Assembly: GCA_964411255.1 (NCBI GenBank)
Contig: CAYPKD010000001.1
Coordinates: 71,331 to 135,330, forward strand
Source: an uncultured Gammaproteobacteria bacterium
GTDB lineage: Bacteria > Patescibacteriota > Patescibacteriia > UBA11705 > DATKZF01
DNA length: 64,000 nucleotides
Direction of reading: 5' to 3'
Shown: positions 58,910 through 64,000 of the stretch, piece after piece
Numbering within the stretch: position 1 is the first letter of the stretch
Layout of the letters: every line of letters starts with the position of its first letter
Program-made: the position numbers and the translations under genes
The notes under the pieces: model-generated
What the model was told of the DNA's origin: nothing
Seen by the model: only the letters and a program-made list of their open reading frames with translations
Database searches by the model: none

Positions 58910-60613
58910 TCACATCTTCTCAAGCCACTCCACATTAAGCAAATCAAGTCCCACTCTCAGTCTCTTCCTCACTTTCTGAGCTAGATTAAACCTGGCAGCT
59001 TTTAATTCTTCGTTTTCAGCCCTAATTATTGAATGTTTTTGATAAAAATCATTAAACGTTTGCGCTAAATCAAATAAATAATTACACAAAACTGATGGAT
59101 CATTTTCCTTATATGCTCTTTTAATTTCATTCTCATTATTTGCTAACAGTTTAAGCAATTCTTTTTCCTCAGTTTCTTTAAGCAAACTATAATCAGCATC
59201 ACCAACTTTTTTAATTTTTTCTTTAATAGAGTTGATTCGAGCAGATGTATATAAAAGATAAGGGCCAGTTTTACCATCAAAGCTCAATGCTTCATCCATA
59301 TCAAAAGTTATCACCTTATTATTTCCAAACTTTAGCATGCCGATCTTTATTGCTGATAAAGAAATTTTTTCTGCTACATCTTTGACTTTGTCATCATCCC
59401 AATCTTTATGCCTCTTTTTCGTTTCTTCAATACTTTTTGTTAGCATTTTATTAAATAACTCGTCAAAAGAAACAATATTTCCTTTTCTGGATGACAGGGC
59501 GCCTTCAGGCAGATTTACAAAATCATAAGGAATATGCACCATACTTTCTTTAAATCCTGCTAATTCCAAGGTCTTAAATATTTGTTTTAAATATAAAGAT
59601 TGACGATTATCAACAATATAAATACTTTTGTCAGCTTTCTTTTTTGCTTTTTTATAAGCCAATGCCAGATCACTTGTTGAATATAATGTAGTACCATCTG
59701 ATTTTAAAATAAGCAGCACATCCAAATCATATTTTTTCAAATCCACTATGATAGCTCCCTGATCTTCTTTAGCAATACCTTGCCTGATCAATTGACTAAC
59801 GATTTTTCTTCCTTTATTTAAAACATCACTTTCAAAATACCAGGCATCAAATTGTATTCCCATAAGCCCGTAAATCCTTTCAAAATCTTCAATGCTCCAC
59901 TTCTGAGTTTTTTTCCAAATTTTCATTATCTCTTTGTCTTTTTTCTCAAGTTTTATTAAAATATCATCAATCTCGTCTTTTAATTTTTCATCTTGGTCAA
60001 GTTTCTTAACGGCTTCAGTATAAATTTTTCCTAAAAAATTTGTTTTGTTTTCTTTTGGCTCTTCATCTTTATGAAACTTTAAATACGCCCACAAACATTT
60101 GGCCACATGAAGGCCCACATCATTAACATAAGTGGCAGCAATAACTTTATCACCAATATATTTATTCAAATTAACAATTGCTGCACCTAAACAAGCATTT
60201 CTCAAATGCCCAACATGAAATTCTTTGTGCGTATTTGGCTGAGAATATTCAATCATCACTTTTTCAGGCCGAAGCCTGCTCCCTTTGCCGAGGGGAAACT
60301 GCGTTTCCCCGACTTTCCCAGGCTGAGGACTGCCCTCAATCAATTCTTTCGCCCAAACCTCTGCTTTCAAATAAAAATTGATATACGGCCCCGTTGCTTC
60401 AACTTGTTCCCAAACCTCATTTGAGCCTAATTTTCCAGCCATTTTTGCAGCAAATTCAGCAGGATTTTCTTTAGCTAATTCAAAAACTGGCAAACTCAAG
60501 TCACCCATTTTAACATTTGGTGGAAATGTAAAATTTTCAGGCTTAATATCTTTAAAAGCTTGATCAATTTCTGCTAACTTTTCAATTAATTGTGTTGTTA
60601 TACTATTTAACAT
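58910..60613 (-). CDS. argS: Arginine--tRNA ligase
   Basis: GPYINF, IEYSQPNTHKEFHVGHLRN, SSRKG, GPYLLY. Confidence 0.97.
   Translation of the reverse strand: MLNSITTQLIEKLAEIDQAFKDIKPENFTFPPNVKMGDLSLPVFELAKENPAEFAAKMAGKLGSNEVWEQVEATGPYINFYLKAEVWAKELIEGSPQPGKVGETQFPLGKGSRLRPEKVMIEYSQPNTHKEFHVGHLRNACLGAAIVNLNKYIGDKVIAATYVNDVGLHVAKCLWAYLKFHKDEEPKENKTNFLGKIYTEAVKKLDQDEKLKDEIDDILIKLEKKDKEIMKIWKKTQKWSIEDFERIYGLMGIQFDAWYFESDVLNKGRKIVSQLIRQGIAKEDQGAIIVDLKKYDLDVLLILKSDGTTLYSTSDLALAYKKAKKKADKSIYIVDNRQSLYLKQIFKTLELAGFKESMVHIPYDFVNLPEGALSSRKGNIVSFDELFNKMLTKSIEETKKRHKDWDDDKVKDVAEKISLSAIKIGMLKFGNNKVITFDMDEALSFDGKTGPYLLYTSARINSIKEKIKKVGDADYSLLKETEEKELLKLLANNENEIKRAYKENDPSVLCNYLFDLAQTFNDFYQKHSIIRAENEELKAARFNLAQKVRKRLRVGLDLLNVEWLEKM
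60265..60332. repeat. Repeat copy C, in frame within argS
   Basis: GCCGAAGCC..AGGGGAAAC-TGC-GTTTCCCCGACTTT..GGCTGAGG. Confidence 0.75.
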
Positions 60614-60668
60614 AAATTTAATAAATATTTTCCGTAATATCCGTAAAATTCCGTAAATCTGTAAACTC

Positions 60669-61856
60669 TTATTTAATCTTCACAAAGAAACGTTTGCCTT
60701 TTTGAATCAAATCTCCTGATTTTATTTGATATTCATAATCTTCAATAATTTTATCATTAACTTTAACTCCTTTTTGATCAACCATCCGCTTTGCCTCAGA
60801 TCTTGAAGGTACTAATTTGGTTTCAACCAAAGCATCAATTATTGTTTCAGCCACTACTTCACGCTCAGGGATTTCATCTGGTTTTTGTTTTTTTGAAAAA
60901 ACTTTTACAAAATTTTCTTCAGCTGCTTTTGCTTCTTCAGTACCAATAAAATTTTCAACCACTGACTTTGCCAGATCTAATTTAAAATTCCGAGGGTTTT
61001 CTCCGGCTTTAAGCCTAAGCTCAACCTCTTTTACTTTTTCTACTTGTTCTTTAGTGATTAATTCATAGACTTTAACTATCATTTCATCAGGCCAGGACAT
61101 AACTTTACCAAACATTTCATCAGCTGAATCTAAAAGCCCTATATAATTATCATAGCTTTTGCTCATCTTTTTTTTACCGTCAGTTCCTTCCAATATAGGC
61201 AGGGTCATAATGTCCTGAGCTGGCTGATCATATCTTTTCTGCATTTTCCTGCCCATTAATAAATTAAACTTTTGGTCAGATCCTCCTATTTCAACATCAG
61301 CTTTTAACATAACCGAATCATAACCTTGGAGCAAAGGATACAAAATTTCCTGCATTTGAATGTCTGAGCCTTCTTCCATTCGTTTTTGAAAATCATCTCT
61401 TTCCAAAACTCTGGCAACAGTAATTTTTGAGGTTAGCTCCATTATAAGCTGGGTGGCATTTGATTTCCCATACCATTCGCTGTTATATTTAACCTCAACC
61501 TTATCCATATCCAAAACTTTTGATGCCTGTTCGACATAAGTTTTCATATTCTTTGTTACCTCATCTTTAGTCAACACTGGCCGAGTAGAATCCCTGCCTG
61601 AAGGATCTCCAATCATTGCAGTATAATCTCCAATAAGTAATATCACTTTATGCCCTAAATTTAAAAATTGATTCAATTTCAATAAAGGCACAGCGTGTCC
61701 AACATGCAAGTCTGCGCCAGTAGGATCCACACCAAACTTTATTATCAGTTTTTTTCCTGACATTAATTTCTTTTTCAAACTTTCATAAACAATAATTTCT
61801 TCTACTCCTCGATCTAAAAGTTCTTCAATAAGTTGTTCATTAGTATTAATCTTCAT
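60669..61856 (-). CDS. tyrS: Tyrosine--tRNA ligase
   Basis: GVDPT..HVGH, YPLLQGYD, GGSDQKFN, KMSKS, S4-like C-terminus. Confidence 0.97.
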   Translation of the reverse strand: MKINTNEQLIEELLDRGVEEIIVYESLKKKLMSGKKLIIKFGVDPTGADLHVGHAVPLLKLNQFLNLGHKVILLIGDYTAMIGDPSGRDSTRPVLTKDEVTKNMKTYVEQASKVLDMDKVEVKYNSEWYGKSNATQLIMELTSKITVARVLERDDFQKRMEEGSDIQMQEILYPLLQGYDSVMLKADVEIGGSDQKFNLLMGRKMQKRYDQPAQDIMTLPILEGTDGKKKMSKSYDNYIGLLDSADEMFGKVMSWPDEMIVKVYELITKEQVEKVKEVELRLKAGENPRNFKLDLAKSVVENFIGTEEAKAAEENFVKVFSKKQKPDEIPEREVVAETIIDALVETKLVPSRSEAKRMVDQKGVKVNDKIIEDYEYQIKSGDLIQKGKRFFVKIK

Positions 61857-61881
61857 ATAAAAATCATTAAATATTTCAAAT

Positions 61882-62874
61882 TTATTTTTTCGTTCTTTGT
61901 TTTGCTGCTTTTCTTAAATCAACCACCTTATCATCCTCATCAACAATCTCAACCTTAATTATTTCTTCTAGTACATCCTCTAAACATACAACTCCCGATA
62001 ATCCTCCATATTCATCTTTGACAAATGCCAAGTGCTTCTTTGTCTTAATAAATTTATCTAATAAATCATCAAGAGTCATATCCTCAGTGGCAAGTAAAAA
62101 TTTATTTTTGTCGCAAATAGTATCAGCTTTTATACCCTTTTGAATATTTATTAAATCTTTAATAAAAATCACGCCAATTACATTATCAATTTCTTTTTCA
62201 TAAACAGGATATCTGCTAAAACCTAGCTTTCGCATCTCATCTAATTTTTTATGATCTAAAATTTCATCTTTTTCTATTGCGTAAACCATGGTTCTCGGCG
62301 TCATTATCTTTTCCACTATTTTATCTGAAAAGGTTAAAGCTCCCTTAATGATCCGAGTTTCATCAGATTCAATTTCACTTTCTTTTGCGCTTTCATGTTC
62401 CTCAACAATTTTCATTAATTCATGCTTTGAATAAATAGTTGCCATTTCGTCTCCCAATACTTTGTCTAGAACCCAGGCAATTGGAAAACAAATAGGAAAA
62501 AGAAGGTACATAAAAATCTTAACCAACCAGGCTGTCTTTGCTCCAACCTGCAAAGCAAACCTTGAAAATGATGCCTGGGGAATAATTTCACCAAAGACAA
62601 CAATTAAAGCAGTGGCAATTATACCAGCCATGACCCCGCTGGCAATATTCCCTAAAAAAATTGCTAATGTTGAGTTTACTGCCACATTTCCTAATAATAA
62701 AGTACATAAAAGCAAATTGCCTTTTTTTCGAACTGGATAAACTTTTTCAGCATATTTATCACCCAGTTCAATTTTTCTTTTTAATTCATTTTTATCTAAA
62801 CTCAAGAGTCCTAAGGTCAAACCTGAAAATAAGCCTGATAAAGCAACCAATACGATTACAATAATATAATCCAT
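61882..62874 (-). CDS. CNNM/CorC-type (DUF21 + CBS) transporter-like protein
   Basis: SGLFSG, LLLGN, FGEIIP, IMTPR, DEYGGLSG..LEDVLEEI. Confidence 0.92.
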   Translation of the reverse strand: MDYIIVIVLVALSGLFSGLTLGLLSLDKNELKRKIELGDKYAEKVYPVRKKGNLLLCTLLLGNVAVNSTLAIFLGNIASGVMAGIIATALIVVFGEIIPQASFSRFALQVGAKTAWLVKIFMYLLFPICFPIAWVLDKVLGDEMATIYSKHELMKIVEEHESAKESEIESDETRIIKGALTFSDKIVEKIMTPRTMVYAIEKDEILDHKKLDEMRKLGFSRYPVYEKEIDNVIGVIFIKDLINIQKGIKADTICDKNKFLLATEDMTLDDLLDKFIKTKKHLAFVKDEYGGLSGVVCLEDVLEEIIKVEIVDEDDKVVDLRKAAKQRTKK

Positions 62875-62901
62875 ATGTTTTAATTTATGAATAAAAAGTT
62901 T

Positions 62902-64000
62902 TTATTTTAATCCTTTAATTTGTTGTTGTAATTTTTGAAGTTTCTCTTCTGCTTCGTCAAGCTTTTTTTTCTCAGCTTCAACCACATTTGCTGGCGCATT
63001 TTTTGCAAACTCTTCATTGCTTAACTTCTTTCCCTGAACCTCAACATATTTTTGAACATTTTCAATTTCTTTTTCTATTCTGCTTTTTTCTTTTTCAATA
63101 TCAATTAGTCCAGCTAATGGTAAGTAAATTTCAACGTCTTCAATCACGCTCGAAGCTGCGGGTTTTTCTGCTTGATCAACGTATTCAATTGATTCAATCT
63201 TTGCCAATAATTTTATAATTTCTTCATTATCTTTAAACTTTTTCTTTGTAATAAATTGCGCTTTAATTTTTTTACCTGGTTCAACATTATTTTCTGCTCT
63301 TAAATTCCTAATTGCCACAATCACTTGTTTGACTTTTTCAAACTTCTTCTCGTCTTTTTCATCAATCAATTTTTTATTCACTTCTGTCCAATTCGAAATC
63401 ATAAGCTCATCTTTTTGATTTAAATTTTCCCAAATCGCTTCAGTTACAAACGGAACAAATGGATGCCACATTTTCAAAAGATTTTTTAATATATACATTA
63501 AAATCGCATCTTTGTCTTTCTCAATTTTTGAAATTTCTAAATACCAGTCAGCAAATTCATTCCAGGTAAAGTCTCGAAGCTTCTCACCTGCAGCAGAAAA
63601 CTGATATTTGTCCAAACCTTCTGTAACTTCTTTAATTGTTTTATTGAATCTTGATAAAATCCATTTGTCAGCTAAAGTTTTTGGTTTAACTTTCTTTGAC
63701 TCAACATTAACATTTTCAACTGAACTCAAAATATATCGACTAATATTCCAAACCTTATTAACAAAATTTCTAAAACCTGCAATTTTTTCATCATAAAGCC
63801 TAAAATCATTTCCAGGAGTTGAGCCAATCAGCATGCTTAATCGGACTGCATCATATCCATACTTATCTCCCACTTCTATAGGATCAATGGCTGTTTCTGG
63901 CTTTGATTTTGACATTTTATCACCTTCTTTATCGCGAATTAAGCCGTGAAAATAGACTTTTTCAAATGGAATCTCTCCCATTACATAATTGGTCATTAAA
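62902..64000 (-). CDS. valS: Valine--tRNA ligase, C-terminal part
   Basis: PFEKVYFHGLIRD..KMSKS, FADWYLE, HPFVPFVTE, C-terminal coiled coil. Confidence 0.96.
   Translation of the reverse strand, partial: LMTNYVMGEIPFEKVYFHGLIRDKEGDKMSKSKPETAIDPIEVGDKYGYDAVRLSMLIGSTPGNDFRLYDEKIAGFRNFVNKVWNISRYILSSVENVNVESKKVKPKTLADKWILSRFNKTIKEVTEGLDKYQFSAAGEKLRDFTWNEFADWYLEISKIEKDKDAILMYILKNLLKMWHPFVPFVTEAIWENLNQKDELMISNWTEVNKKLIDEKDEKKFEKVKQVIVAIRNLRAENNVEPGKKIKAQFITKKKFKDNEEIIKLLAKIESIEYVDQAEKPAASSVIEDVEIYLPLAGLIDIEKEKSRIEKEIENVQKYVEVQGKKLSNEEFAKNAPANVVEAEKKKLDEAEEKLQKLQQQIKGLK

Noticed and set aside
1766-63796. Many short plus-strand ORFs antisense to known genes
   Set aside because: No SD, promoter or recognisable motifs; typical shadow ORFs.
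1-64000. CRISPR array or cas genes
   Set aside because: No regularly spaced identical 23-47 bp repeats with unique spacers; no Cas-like ORF recognised.
1-64000. Alternative genetic code (UGA=Gly)
   Set aside because: Conserved genes are full length under code 11 and several end at TGA (e.g. rfbB, argS).

Overview
AT-rich bacterial chromosome segment, standard code 11, with almost all genes on the minus strand. Gene content and style suggest Patescibacteria/CPR (inference): DUF4012, baseplate-J-like membrane protein, S8+FG-GAP protease, housekeeping genes without Shine-Dalgarno (SD) sites, many short palindromic repeats. Core genes: rmlA/D/B, thrS-dtd under a T-box leader, dnaE, three GT2s, ppsA, pyk, yraN, tRNA-Leu(GAG), argS, tyrS, partial valS. 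Accessory content: an HTH-Doc toxin-antitoxin pair, a 1468-aa orphan, a mini-SRAP, a four-helix-bundle gene, and a surface cluster (WxL-like, DUF916-like, Cys/Asp-repeat protein, 2059-aa fibre, O-ligase-TPR). The most unusual signals are non-coding. (1) Two tandem cassettes share operator, promoter, a 5-codon uORF and an attenuator-like leader ahead of divergent GC-rich secreted proteins. (2) A structured ~60-bp repeat occurs in the T-box, after argS, and in frame inside argS. (3) A ~180-nt structured repeat shows covariation and switch-like pairing. (4) Inverted 7-10-mer tandem arrays occur both around the four-helix-bundle gene and at gene-less junctions. (5) A class of orphan genes carries strong SD sites and own promoters, unlike the core genes. 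No CRISPR array, integrase, transposase or reverse transcriptase was seen. All calls are by eye, without database searches.
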